Of a DNA stretch of 64,000 nt, positions 51,126 to 64,000 are shown piece after piece; positions within the stretch are counted from its first letter, which is position 1, and each line of letters starts with the position of its first letter. A model generated the notes under the pieces. The model was not told the DNA's origin and ran no database searches. It saw only the letters and a list, made by a program, of their open reading frames with translations. The DNA comes from Octopus bimaculoides (taxonomy: Eukaryota). The DNA lies in contig NC_068995.1 of the NCBI RefSeq assembly GCF_001194135.2, positions 1,046,906 through 1,110,905 on the forward strand, written 5' to 3'. Both the position numbers and the translations under genes were made by a program.

Positions 51126-52364
51126 ATCTATCTTGTGACTCTTTTTCTGCAATATTCTAATAATATGTTAGTTGTACTGGAGCTGTGATCTTTCAGTCAA
51201 AATCTCAGACCTCTACGTTGCTTTTAACCAATCAAACGGCTAACTTTATGACTTTGATCTACTCAAAAAGAACTGATGTTAGAAACACAACAGGTATTTC
51301 ATCAAAATCATTAGCTTTGGCAAAACCTTTCTAACATACCACACAACAGTTATCTAAAAGAAAAATAAACTAATAATAATTATCATTATTTAAAAGGAAT
51401 AAAATATTCATTAATTACTTAATTCTTAAAAAATAGAACTTCATGATAAAATGTGATTTTGCTTTTTTTCTACTCTCCAAAGAATTTCTTTTGAAATATT
51501 TGGCACACTAATCCCATTCCTGCAACAATATTTATGGACAGGAAGTAACAACCACATCAACAACAGATATTTTCATCCAACCTAGCTAAATAAATAGATT
51601 TGACGAGGAAACATCCAGCCGACAGCAAGAATTACACTGCTTTCTAGTCAAGATAGAAATTTGATAATTGGCGGCAATGGAAAAATGGAACCTAGGAGAA
51701 AGTGATAGAACAGGAAAGGAAGAGGGGGGGATTTCAAAATATTTAAGGAATAACATTCCAAAAAAAAAAAAATTTTTTTGTTTAATGTAGAAGATGGTTA
51801 TAGTAAAACGCAATTTATAACAATGATGTGAACACTGACGATGAACAATTACACTGAAGACGATAATGAAGAGTTAATCCAGACTTCCAGACTTAATGGT
51901 AATGGAATCTAGTAAAGAAAAAGAAAAAAAAAACATTCTGCCACAATAATTTCTCATCTCACTCTTTAAAACACCCATGTTGTTTAGAGAAAGTATTTTG
52001 CTTTATTTTTAATTTTCTTTTCTTTTTACAGAGGCAACACAATTTTTTTTTTCTCATGCCTTTTACCATCTGGTCAGAACTTTAATAAGAAACATCTTGA
52101 GAATTTTATTAAGTTACCAACAAATTCAAAATTTAACTTAATATTACACTACTTTTTTTTAAAATTTGTTTTTTTTTTCTTTATATTAATTCAACTTGGA
52201 GAAATAACAAGGTTTTGGAGTTTAAACAAAAAATATTTTAACATCTTTCAACACCATTCTTACATGTTAGCTTGGGGTTCTTATAAATTTTTAATCTGAT
52301 ATCTAAGGGAAATCATCAGCACTAGGTTGAGCTTATTAAGAATAAAACCTTTTGGCTGGTCTTC

Positions 52365-52697
52365 CTGGGTCTACCCCTTCCACAGGTTCTCTCAGCTGCT
52401 AGGGTGTGACACTTTTTCACACAGCTATCCTCATCCATTCTTGCCACATGACCATACCAGCACAATCGTTTTTCTTGCACACCACAACTGATGCTTCTTA
52501 GGTCCAACTTTTCTCTCAAGGTACTTACACTCTGTCGAGTATGCACACTGCCATTACACATCCATCAGAGCATACTGGCTTCATTCCTTGCAATCTTATG
52601 CATTCCTCAGCAGTCACAGCCCATGTTTCACTGCCATGTAGCATGGCTGTTCGTACACATGCATCATACAGTCTGCCTTTTACTCTGAGCAAGAGGC
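52365..52697 (-). mobile_element. RTE-clade LINE C-terminal fragment
   Basis: Reads KGRLYDACVRTAMLHGSETWAV ... RLCWYGHVARMDEDSCVKKC...CGRGRPRKT. Confidence 0.85.
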
Positions 52698-55545
52698 CCT
52701 ATATATACGTAAAAGACTATTTGATAATATCATACTGACATTATATATATATATATAAGACTATTTGATAATATATCATATTGATGAAATAATAAAAAAG
52801 AAATAACACTTATTTCTTTTAATAATTTATTTTAGATATGTGTGTTTCTTGCCTCTACTAAATAAATAAATCCCTTTAGTAGTTGTACTAATTAATAGCT
52901 GACGACACAATTTGTAATTCCTATATATGTCAACTTACCTCCCATGCCCCAACCCCACCCCAACATAAATAGACATTAGAATCAATTCAACTGCCACAGA
53001 TATATCTCATGTTTGCTGTGGTTTCCATCACTGTTAATATTTACAACGGTCTGTTTGGAAATGTCAGCATTTCTTTTGCAGCTTTTGAAACGGCAACACT
53101 TTGCACAAAGCTAATGCTACAAGCGCACAGAGGCAAATACAAGCATGCATACAATAATGTGTTACATGCGTACATATTTACACACACACACACACACACA
53201 CACAAATCACCATCATTAATCATTGTAGAACATCCATTTTCCATGCTAGCATGGATTGAATGTTGACAGTGTTTGATGAGCTGCATCAGGCCTTGATGTC
53301 AGCTTTGGCATGGTTTCTACAGTTGGATGCCCTTCCTAACACCAAAACACATGCATGCACATGTGCCACAACAAAATTACATAGAGTTGGAATCACTCCA
53401 CATATTGTTAATAACTTTGAGAAAGATAAATCACATCTCTCAGGCCTCATATCTATTACATATATCCACACATACAAAGTTTGCTTTGTATAAAAAGAAA
53501 TAATAATAATAATAATAATAATAAACTGCATCAAATTTTATCATAAGGATAATAATTTTAGTAGGAGAGGGTTAGTTGATTTACACTGAAACCCCACCCC
53601 ACTGTTGTTAAATAGTATTTCGCTTTAATCCCCTCAAGGTTCATAAAATAATGAGTTTGTGGCAGGATTTGAACATAAAGTACTAGAAAAAAATACTGCA
53701 AAGCATTTCTACCAACATTTTAATGATTCTGTTACCTCGTCGTCCTGATAACAAATGCAGGTTTATAATTATTATTATTAGACACCTAGCTAACCTAAGT
53801 CTTCACAAATATGTGTACCAAATTCCACAGACTTTACCACAACCTGAAATATATAAACCAAGTTATGAAATAAAAAAAAAAATTTTTAATAATTAATTAG
53901 TAGGCCTGCCACACTGTGCCCATCCCATAGAAATTAGATGTATCTTAGTTTTAACAGCCCACCAAACGAGCTTTAGCTATTGTTCGCTATTCTGGCAATA
54001 CTCACAGCTATCTAAAAATACACCAGATGGAGATAGAATTTCGGTGAAACCATAGACTGATGGTAACTTTTAGAGTGAAAACCTCATCAAAAGATGCTTC
54101 TCAGGCAGAGACGGTAACCAAGAGCATATGGCAGGTCCTTATATGAAAGTCTTCTAAGTTGGATCAAGTTTTGTGTGTATTTTTATATTATATACATAAT
54201 GTATCAATATACAAACTCAGGACTCAATATGTATAAACTTCAATAGCCAAGCTCTATAGGCATCAATGTATGTATGCACACACACACACACACACACACA
54301 GAGGAACACTTATTTTAAAGTTTAACTTCACTACAGTTACTGCTAATATTCCTGATAGTAATGCTAAGGAAACAGATTAATTTATAGATTGTCACAGCTA
54401 GTTGTGTGTGTGTGTGTGTCTACAAGTTTATATCTGAGCATACATAAAGACATTATAAAACAGCAAAACAGTCTTGAAACATTTACACAAAAATTGGGGG
54501 GGGGGGGTATGGTTAAATGGTTAAGGAGCTCTTTTTGCAATAATGAGGTCCTAAGTTCAATCCTACTGTATGGCATTTTGGCTAAGTGCATTGGGGTAGA
54601 GGGAAAATAACTCCCAATACAGCCCAACTAATATACAAAAGGTCTGGCTTATTATACTTCCATATCATACTGAGTCTATCTGGGAATCATGTTGAGATTA
54701 TGTGTCTATATATATATATATATACACACACTGTGTCACCTTGGGTAAGTGCCTTCTACTATAGCTTCAGCCCAACCAAAGCCTTGTGAGTGGATTTGGT
54801 AAACGGAAACTGGAAGAAGAAGAAGAAGAAGTGGTGTGTGTGTGGGGGGGTGGAGATAATTGTAGATCTTTTCAATGATCCTATCTGCTGTATAAAAGAT
54901 AACAGCCATTTCATGAAATGACCCCAATGACTCTATTCTCTGTCAAGAAGTCATCAGATGGTTGGACACAGGTGATTTCGTCTTCAAAGACATTACGTCA
55001 CTTCTGTTTAGTGAGTCACCAATGACTGACTCTAAAAGTTTATTGGATTTCAGCTTCTTGTTGTTATTTTACTCCAGGCTAGCCCTGATGGAAAAAAAAA
55101 TACCTATGATGAAAAACAGCCAAGATTATCCTACCTTGTATCCTCAACAACATTTCTTTTAACTTTATACTCAATATCATTCTTTAAAGAGATGGTAAAG
55201 TGTAGTTTGGCTGCTATTTCTTGCAAACCAATGAACCATTGGAAGCGAACCCCATTGGCTCTTCTGATTTCATTTGGTTTGATCATCTATGATAAAGCTA
55301 ATATGGTCAAATATGTTTAATGATAAGTTCAAACAACGGCAGGTTATTAATTAAGAGAGAAGCAATTAGTGTAAATTGGTGGGATATAAGGCTGGAAAAG
55401 AAGGATTGCTAGAAAGGGTACTCAGTGCAAGTGGTGGGTTTACAGTGAAGTACACAGAGAAACTATTAACAGGAAGCTATGTGGAGAGGTGCAAATGAAA
55501 AATGAATTTTAATGAAGTTGATTTATGAATATAATGTATATAGAT

Positions 55546-55581
<36 letters not shown>

Positions 55582-55623
55582 ATATATATACACATNNNNN
55601 NNNNNAATATAATGTATATAGAT

Positions 55624-55661
<38 letters not shown>

Positions 55662-56638
55662 ATATATATACACATAAAAACAACAAGCTTCTTCCAGTTT
55701 CCATCTACCAGATCCACTCACAAGGCCTTGGTTCAGTCAGAGGCTATAAAAGAAAATATTTGCCCAAAGAGCCATACAGTGGAACTGAACCCAAAACCAC
55801 ACAGAAATGCTTTTTAACCACACGACCATGTTGTGCCACATACACACACACACACACATATATGAGGGTACAAGAGGACCTTGAGCAGTTGCAGAACTGG
55901 AGAGATTACAGTTTATCAGCGAAGAGGGCATGGGTGGAAAGTGATGTTGAGCAAAGGCTTGAAGATCAATTAAAAGACTCCAAATGTTGTGTTTTATAGG
56001 GAAGCATACAATTCAAAGTCTGCTGTACTGCATAGATGTTCATGTTAGTTGGTGCAATACATCAAAATAATATAAGCACCATGGAAAAGTACAGTTTTCT
56101 GCAGTAGGCAACTGGTTCACCATTTCATTGATTTCTTATATTAGCATATGGCCAAAAAAGATATGTGACAGAGAAGGAAGGGAGGAACATAACCAATACA
56201 AGAGAATTGACCTTGATATATAACTGATACTTATTTATTTTAGCCCTAGGTCAGCCTTACTCAAGCAGACCTACAATGAAAGTAGTGCCAGCCATGACCA
56301 TCACATCTTTTTTTCCCTGGACAGTATTAATGACTAGTTTATATATATATATCTTTTATCTTTTACTTGTTTCAGTCATTAAACTGTGGCCATTCTAAGG
56401 CACCCCTTGAATTTTTAGTCAACTGAATTAACCCGATATATATATACATACATATATATATATGACAAGCTTCTTTCAGTTTCCGTCTACCAAATCCACT
56501 CACAAGGCTTTGGTCAGCTCGAGGCTACAGAAGACACTTACTCAAGATACCACACAGTTCAGCTAAACCCTGAACCATGTGGCTGGGAAGCAAGATTCTT
56601 ACCACACAGCCATGCCAGTGCCTATGTATGTATGTATG

Positions 56639-56693
<55 letters not shown>

Positions 56694-56903
56694 NNNNNNN
56701 NNNNNNNNNNNNNNNNNNNNNNNNNNNNNNNNNNNNNNNNNNNNNNNNNNNNNNNNNNNTGTAAAGGAATGTAAGTGAATACATCCAGGCATTTACTGCA
56801 TCGCCCTACTTACTGCTGCTATCATTCAATCAACCTGGAGAGTTCACAATGTTTTTATTGGCTTACAGCAATTGGCTTGATTCCTATGTGTGTGTGTGTA
56901 TGT

Positions 56904-56969
<66 letters not shown>

Positions 56970-57571
56970 GCTGATAACACTATAATGAAGACAATGTGGG
57001 AATACACTACGGTGTCCCCTGATAACTTTATGAGTAATGAACACCACACATGCACACACAATATATGATAAATTCTCTTTTACTACCATATACAACAATC
57101 CCATACATATGACTCATGGCACAAAACAGTGACCCATGATACATTTTTCAGCAAATTGATAGACATTTACACAAACACAAACATAAACTGCTTGTTGGTA
57201 TTCTGTTCGGGCACTGACCAAAACAATGAAACTACATCACAAAAAAATGAACCAACAAGACAGGCCCTATGTGATTGCTTGACCAGTGAAATTCACACCC
57301 AACCATCTTTAAAAGAGAATGTAGTCCTAAATATTATTACTATGTCAAAATAAAGAAGAAGAAAAACCCAACCTGGTCACAGATAAAACATGTGACCAGA
57401 GGTCAGTGAGATCATGCTTTGACTTGCTGACCTGTTGCTAAATATCAACAAAGGAAAGGACACATTAGATATTGTAGGCCTAGGCTCTAGCGTAGCTTGG
57501 GGGGGGGTCCAACCTGGGTAGCACTTTTGGGTCTGCTGTAAGCAATATGTGTTTTTTGTGGGGTTCGGGGG

Positions 57572-57638
57572 CAGCAAACAGAAGAGCCACCCTGGGCAGC
57601 AAACGGAAGAGCCACCCTGGGCAGCAAACGGAAGAGCC
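57572..57638 (+). repeat. GC-rich 25-bp minisatellite running into an 816-nt gap
   Basis: Unit cagcaaacggaagagccaccctggg, 2.7 copies visible before the Ns at 57639-58454. Confidence 0.85.
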
Positions 57639-60160
57639 NNNNNNNNNNNNNNNNNNNNNNNNNNNNNNNNNNNNNNNNNNNNNNNNNNNNNNNNNNNNNN
57701 NNNNNNNNNNNNNNNNNNNNNNNNNNNNNNNNNNNNNNNNNNNNNNNNNNNNNNNNNNNNNNNNNNNNNNNNNNNNNNNNNNNNNNNNNNNNNNNNNNNN
57801 NNNNNNNNNNNNNNNNNNNNNNNNNNNNNNNNNNNNNNNNNNNNNNNNNNNNNNNNNNNNNNNNNNNNNNNNNNNNNNNNNNNNNNNNNNNNNNNNNNNN
57901 NNNNNNNNNNNNNNNNNNNNNNNNNNNNNNNNNNNNNNNNNNNNNNNNNNNNNNNNNNNNNNNNNNNNNNNNNNNNNNNNNNNNNNNNNNNNNNNNNNNN
58001 NNNNNNNNNNNNNNNNNNNNNNNNNNNNNNNNNNNNNNNNNNNNNNNNNNNNNNNNNNNNNNNNNNNNNNNNNNNNNNNNNNNNNNNNNNNNNNNNNNNN
58101 NNNNNNNNNNNNNNNNNNNNNNNNNNNNNNNNNNNNNNNNNNNNNNNNNNNNNNNNNNNNNNNNNNNNNNNNNNNNNNNNNNNNNNNNNNNNNNNNNNNN
58201 NNNNNNNNNNNNNNNNNNNNNNNNNNNNNNNNNNNNNNNNNNNNNNNNNNNNNNNNNNNNNNNNNNNNNNNNNNNNNNNNNNNNNNNNNNNNNNNNNNNN
58301 NNNNNNNNNNNNNNNNNNNNNNNNNNNNNNNNNNNNNNNNNNNNNNNNNNNNNNNNNNNNNNNNNNNNNNNNNNNNNNNNNNNNNNNNNNNNNNNNNNNN
58401 NNNNNNNNNNNNNNNNNNNNNNNNNNNNNNNNNNNNNNNNNNNNNNNNNNNNNNAAAAATCATTTCAGTTTGTGATTTGTGACACTGCACAAAAATTTCT
58501 TGACATTCATTTATGTCTGGAGTTCAAATCCCAGCAGGATAAAAACAGCTTTTCTTCCCTTTGAGAATTCAAATAACAAATACCAACCTTGTTGTTGCTT
58601 AGTCCCAAATCAGCTCTGATTATGCAGAGCCATTGCTTCAAAGTGTCCCAACCACAACCATTTGGTCGATTTCTTTTAGCATGCATTTTTTAAATGATAT
58701 GATTGTGATTTGAGTGTAATTTGACTGTTATTACTAGCAAATCAAGTGACCTGGTAGGAGCAATCAAATACTGGCGGTGAGAGGTGTAGCCAATTACATA
58801 GTTTACACGCTTCCCCTAAAAAGTGTGGCCTTGTGCCAGAGTCAGAAATATATACTCCCACTATCAGCCAACACTCCACCTGACTTTGATACTCAAGTTT
58901 ATCAAAGTGAGGAATGAGGTTTGATAATTAGCTCGTCCTACCTAGCTACTTATTTATACATTTTCACATGCACACACACATTTATATATATATATATAAT
59001 TATATACACATAATTATTCGTGTGTACACTTCCAAGGAAACATGCCGAATACATAAACACACACAATGATGATGTATATATTTACAATTGTATCATTAAT
59101 GTTTGTAACTGTTTAAATTTATCATGTAAAAGAAACACCACCACCCCCCTTGGTAGTTTTCTCAAAATGTTTAAATGTGTATGTGTTCATATATATAGGT
59201 AATAAAAATTATAGAGGTGAACTCTTTTCAAGAAACAACAGCATAGGGCTCAATTTATTGAGCAATTAGATTAGAGTATTAATTTGACAGAGACAAGTTC
59301 CAAGGTCAATAATACTCCTCATCAAAGCTGACACACATCTAAACACAGCCAGCATATATAAGCCATTATAAGCATGTGAGGACATAACATACAAAAACCT
59401 ATATGTACATATAATAGTATATAACTCTGTGCCCAAATCAAAGCTGGATAAGTAATTGCATAATTACATAGAGATAAATTAAGAAGTCCAAGCTGATGAG
59501 ATAACACAATAATCCAAAAGGGAAGTCCTCAAATGAATCCAATAAATAGAACGAGTCTTACAGTGCGAAGAAGTGTGTAGATAAGACCTTTTGAACTTTG
59601 GCACAAGCACTCTTTACTCTATTGCATGGCTTCAGTTGCTACACTGTAGCCATACTGGGGCACCATCTTCATTACTTTAAAATCCTAATTGCTCCAGATG
59701 TAGAGAGTAAAAAGCTTAATTTAGACTGACTTGTGGAAGTAATTAAGAATTGAATCTCGGTTAAAAAAGAATACAAGAAGTAACAGAGGAAGTGATGGCA
59801 GTAAATGAGGGTTGCAGAGAAAGAAGTTGGCCGTGAAAAAGGACATGCAACGTTTTCATTGAAATATATTAGATTTGTGATTTTATGATCCAGACAAATC
59901 CTAAAATAGAGTTTTATATACATAGGATATACCTACATTATGGTCATTCTGATAAGGTATCATGCATTTACACATATACACAAGTTACTGCATGTCCTCC
60001 ACATAAGCATGTTTTATTCATAATCAAGAAAATGCATAATGTATGCATGAGTAGGTATAAATGGATCAAATAAGAGAAGTGAAGGAAGAGATATTTATTC
60101 TATTAGTTGACAGCTGTTTCATAATTCATATTAGTTACATAATTGACACTAGATCATTTA

Positions 60161-60191
<31 letters not shown>

Positions 60192-60286
60192 CACACATAC
60201 ACACATAACTTACAGACTACTCTTCAGAACATTTCGTGGCAGGTTATACCACAATTATGTGTCTATGTAAACAATGTATCTTTATA

Positions 60287-60318
<32 letters not shown>

Positions 60319-61171
60319 CAGAGATGTATTTGCATAGCAAGTGATTTGATCAGAGATCGTGTGCTGAAACAAAAACAATTGTAGTATGGAAGGTGTTTGT
60401 AAGCCATTTAAGAACACACAAAAACTGTCAGTTTCACTTCAACATTTAAATTTGTGTAAAAATATTTCCATCACTTTGANNNNNNNNNNNNNNNNNNNNN
60501 NNNNNNNNNNNNNNNNNNNNNNNNNNNNNNNNNNNNNNNNNNNNNNNNNNNNNNNNNNNNNNNNNNNNNNNNNNNNNNNNNNNNNNNNNNNNNNNNNNNN
60601 NNNNNNNNNNNNNNNNNNNNNNNNNNNNNNNNNNNNNNNNNNNNNNNNNNNNNNNNNNNNNNNNNNNNNNNNNNNNNNNNNNNNNNNNNNNNNNNNNNNN
60701 NNNNNNNNNNNNNNNNATATATATATATATATATATATATAAGATAAATATGGTGCAGACATGGCTGTGGGGTAAGAAGCTTGCTTCCCAACCACACAGT
60801 TCCAGGTTCAGTCCCACTGCGGGGCACCTTGGGCAAGTGTCTTCTACTATAGCCTCAGGCCAACCAAAACTTTGTGAGTGGATTTGGTACTGGCAACGAC
60901 CACACTCAGTATATACATATACTGTATATATGTATGATAAATGATGTAATGCCGAATTTTAACATGGCTTATGAAACAGCAGTCAACTGGTTGAATAAAC
61001 ATTTATCCCCTCTACTTCTCTTATTTGATCAATTTTTATACATACTCTCCACCATTATTGTAATTCTTATATTTTCAGAATGACACGGAGGTTTCATCTT
61101 TAGCTTTAAACATGGTCTTTCTTGATAGCCATGCACCAAGCAGAGAGCTTAATGTGGTGAGGTCTGATTCT

Positions 61172-61205
<34 letters not shown>

Positions 61206-63679
61206 ATTGAGTGATTATACAGTGCTGCAGAAGGTCTGACCCCCATGCAAGCTTGTCAAAACATTAAAATAGCAAAATAGTGCATGCACACACATTCCTT
61301 TACCTATTACATAACCTCTAATCTCTCCATCATCTCTTCTACTCACCATGCAGCCCCTGATAATTGGGAGGCAAGCACTTGATCTGTGAATATTGAATAC
61401 TCCCCAACCTCTACCTCCATCATCACCTTATCTCTCTCTCATACACCATTCTATCAACCTACACATAACATAACACTGCATCTCCTCTTACTCAGCCCAC
61501 CCCACCATCTTTTATCTCTCTCTCCCCCCAGCACAACTTCTTTCCTTTCTCCAACCCTGTCTTTCCTACTACCACCCCAAACAATAAACCAATGTAACTC
61601 CATTAAGAACCAACTCAGACAGATGATCCATCCAACCTAATCTGACCCACACTTTCAGAGTTCATCTACTCAACCCCTCCCATCACCCTTACCATTTTTG
61701 TCTCCATCTCTTTCATATTATTCTTCCGGGCTCCTCCATTATCTCCCTTTAACATTCTTCTCTCTGCTATTTTCTTCACTACCACCCTATCAAAAAAATA
61801 AATCCCTTTCTTCCTTCATACTTTAACTTCTGCTCTTATTTTGAGCTCCTTAGCCAGCCTTCTAATGGTGCAAGTACAAAAATACCCAGTAAACTCCGTA
61901 AGTGGTTGGTAAATCAAATCAAGCAGTGAAAAGGGAAGGGCTTTAGGGACCCTTTTAGTTTGGAGCAAGACCTGTTCTTCTTGACCCAATAAATCCAGTC
62001 AAACTATCGAACTCATGTCAACAGGGAAAACAAACACAGAATTATATATAAAAGCGTCCGTGCTGATGCCATGCAAAAGCACCCATTCCATACTGTAAAG
62101 TGGTTGGTGTCAGGAAGGGCATCCAGCTGTAGAAACCATTGCCAAAACAGACAAACAGAGCCCAGGCAGTTCCTGTCAAACCGTCCAACCCATGCCAGCA
62201 TGGAGAGTGGATGTTAAGTGATGATGATGATGATGATACACCCTTTTCCTTTACAAATGTGAGACAAATAACACCTTTGTGAGAACTTGTTTTTATTCAT
62301 TCCTCAGATATTAACATTCAAAAACAGTGTCATATCATCATCTTATATCCACTTTCTATGCTAAAATAGGCTGGAATGTGTGTGTGTGTACATACATATG
62401 AGTGTGTGTGTGCATTTATATAGATAGATAAACAATATACAATGTCTATTGAAATGTATGAGTCATATGTACACACTGGATTTGACAGTGTGTATCTAAA
62501 TATTCTTATAATTTGTGTGCTTGAACACAATGAGTTAAATTTGAATTCTATCGCCGTTTGCTTTTTATGTTCAGCAATTGTGACGAACAAATTGATATCC
62601 CCAAATCTTTTTACTCCACTCAATTCTCTTGGCTCCACACATTAAATACTCTGCACCCTACATTTACAGCATTGACCCCTTAAGAAGATTATCAAAACAC
62701 TGTAAAAAATATCATCATCAACTTGGAGATTACCATCTTGAGTCCTGGGACTCATAGGGCCAATTACACAGCTTCCATAGTAGATTAAGTGAGCAACATC
62801 CCAACACAGGACACCATTCCATCCATAGTCATTCATTTATAGCTGAGTGGGCTGCAACAACACGAAATGAAGCTGACATGGAGGGCTGGAAGCTATCGGA
62901 ATATTGGAAAAGAGTTACCTGTATCATGAGGATTTGCACCAGGTATGAAAATGACAACATCCCGATTGCGACTCAAGTCTGTGTGAACACTGGAATGGCT
63001 GTGAGATGTGACATGGACAGCTGCAATGGAGACTATGAAGCCGTGGCCAGCAGGGAGGGACACAGCAGGCATTCTGACTCTGTCCACATACTGGAATTCA
63101 TCCCCCATCTTGCAACTCTGATGGCTATGCGAAGCTGCTGGACAAGGCAATAGAGGCTTTGGTGAGAGAGATGGGTGTGGGAGTTGCCACCATGAAGCTG
63201 GCCCTGAATGAGGACCACTGCTGCCACTCATACGAGAAGCACAAGGAACAAATTCTGAACATTTTATGCATGATATATATATATATATGTATATATAAAC
63301 CATTATCAATGTTTAACTTCTGTTTTCCATGCTGGCATAGGTTGGACAGGAAGGGGTTCAAAGAAGTCTTTGATGTACAGAATCAGGTGACCTGTTCAGG
63401 TATCATAACTGGAACACCTTCAATCTCATGTTTGATCAATCTGTGACTAAACTAAAACAGTATTCGACATAAGCCACCACATCACATCAAACATACGTGT
63501 CTGTACAAGTGTTTGTGCATAGACATTGCTATTTCATACTTGTCACAGCTTAAGCAAAGTAGTGGGTACATTGACATCAGGAATGGTTGCTTTACACTTC
63601 ACGAATAATGTATCCCTCATTTGAAAACAGATAAGGGTTGGTGACATAGAGAGTATCCAGCCATAAAATCCTGTCACAA

Positions 63680-64000
63680 ATCATCATCATCATCATCATC
63701 ATCGTTTAACGTCCGCTTTCCATGCTAGCATGGGTTGGACGATTTGACTGAGGACTGGTGAAACCGGATGGCAACACCAGGCTCCAGTCTGATTTGGCAG
63801 AGTTTCTACAGCTGGATGCCCTTCCTAACGCCAACCACTCAGAGAGTGTAGTGGGTGCTTTTACGTGTCACCCGCACGAAAACGGCCACGCTCGAAATGG
63901 TGTCTTTTATGTGCCACCCGCACAAGCCAGTCCAGGGGCACTGGCAACGATCTCGCTCGAAAATCCTACAGGAGCCAGTCAGGCGGTACTGGCAACGGCC
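63680..64000 (-). mobile_element. Family C RTE-tailed element with (GAT)n tail, cut by the window end
   Basis: Tail palindrome ccatgctagcatgg followed by ggacgttaaacgatgatgat; internal ctggcaacg repeats. Confidence 0.85.

Noticed and set aside
52713-52785. ~28-bp direct repeat around a (TA)n tract
   Set aside because: Simple local slippage duplication next to a LINE fragment; no sign of function.
52935-52955. TGG GAG|GTAAGT on minus, checked as a possible part of CDC34 exon 1 (WEV)
   Set aside because: The upstream sequence is a G-rich tract that does not encode CDC34 residues.
55520-55680. Apparent ~75-bp direct duplication
   Set aside because: The two copies flank a 10-N gap; most likely an unmerged contig overlap.
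57572-57638. CRISPR-like regular repeat
   Set aside because: Units are directly adjacent with no spacers, there are no cas genes, and the context is eukaryotic.
57480-58490. ORFs over 300 aa in the ORF track (also 60386-60836)
   Set aside because: Artefacts of N runs.
62878-63260. GC-richer segment with ORFs on both strands
   Set aside because: No recognisable domain or splice framework. Possibly an old transposon fragment, but I cannot assign it.
63745-63775. CTGAGGA...GAAA CCGG hammerhead-like string in family C
   Set aside because: No helix II or NUH, it is on the antisense strand of the element, and it is not conserved in the 16.9-kb copy.

Overview
AT-rich, microsatellite- and SINE-dense animal DNA with several N-gaps. 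The repeat families look like those of octopus, so I infer a cephalopod, probably Octopus. Three genes can be read directly. (1) A Canopy/CNPY2-type ER saposin-like gene on + with 5 coding exons (1386-5684, 240 aa, signal peptide, acidic tail, C-terminal NEEL). (2) An ODF3/CIMAP1-type sperm-tail PG-repeat gene on - whose 259-aa CDS lies in one exon (9942-10721). (3) A CDC34/UBE2R E2 enzyme on - with coding exons 2-5 at 18.8-26.1 kb; its first coding exon was not found, so 26.1-64 kb is probably one very large intron. The rest is SINEs, RTE/CR1-group/RLE LINE remnants and MITEs. The most unusual signals are: Penelope-type minimal hammerhead-ribozyme motifs inside fold-backs just downstream of CDC34; a possible alternative CDC34 terminal exon; a 5'-inverted LINE nested in a SINE; a LINE 3' end sharing its tail with the main SINE; and a fold-back MITE with a telomeric-repeat palindrome near its centre. 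No rRNA, tRNA gene or CRISPR array was recognised. All family assignments come from reading the sequence and from memory; no search was run, and repeat boundaries are approximate.
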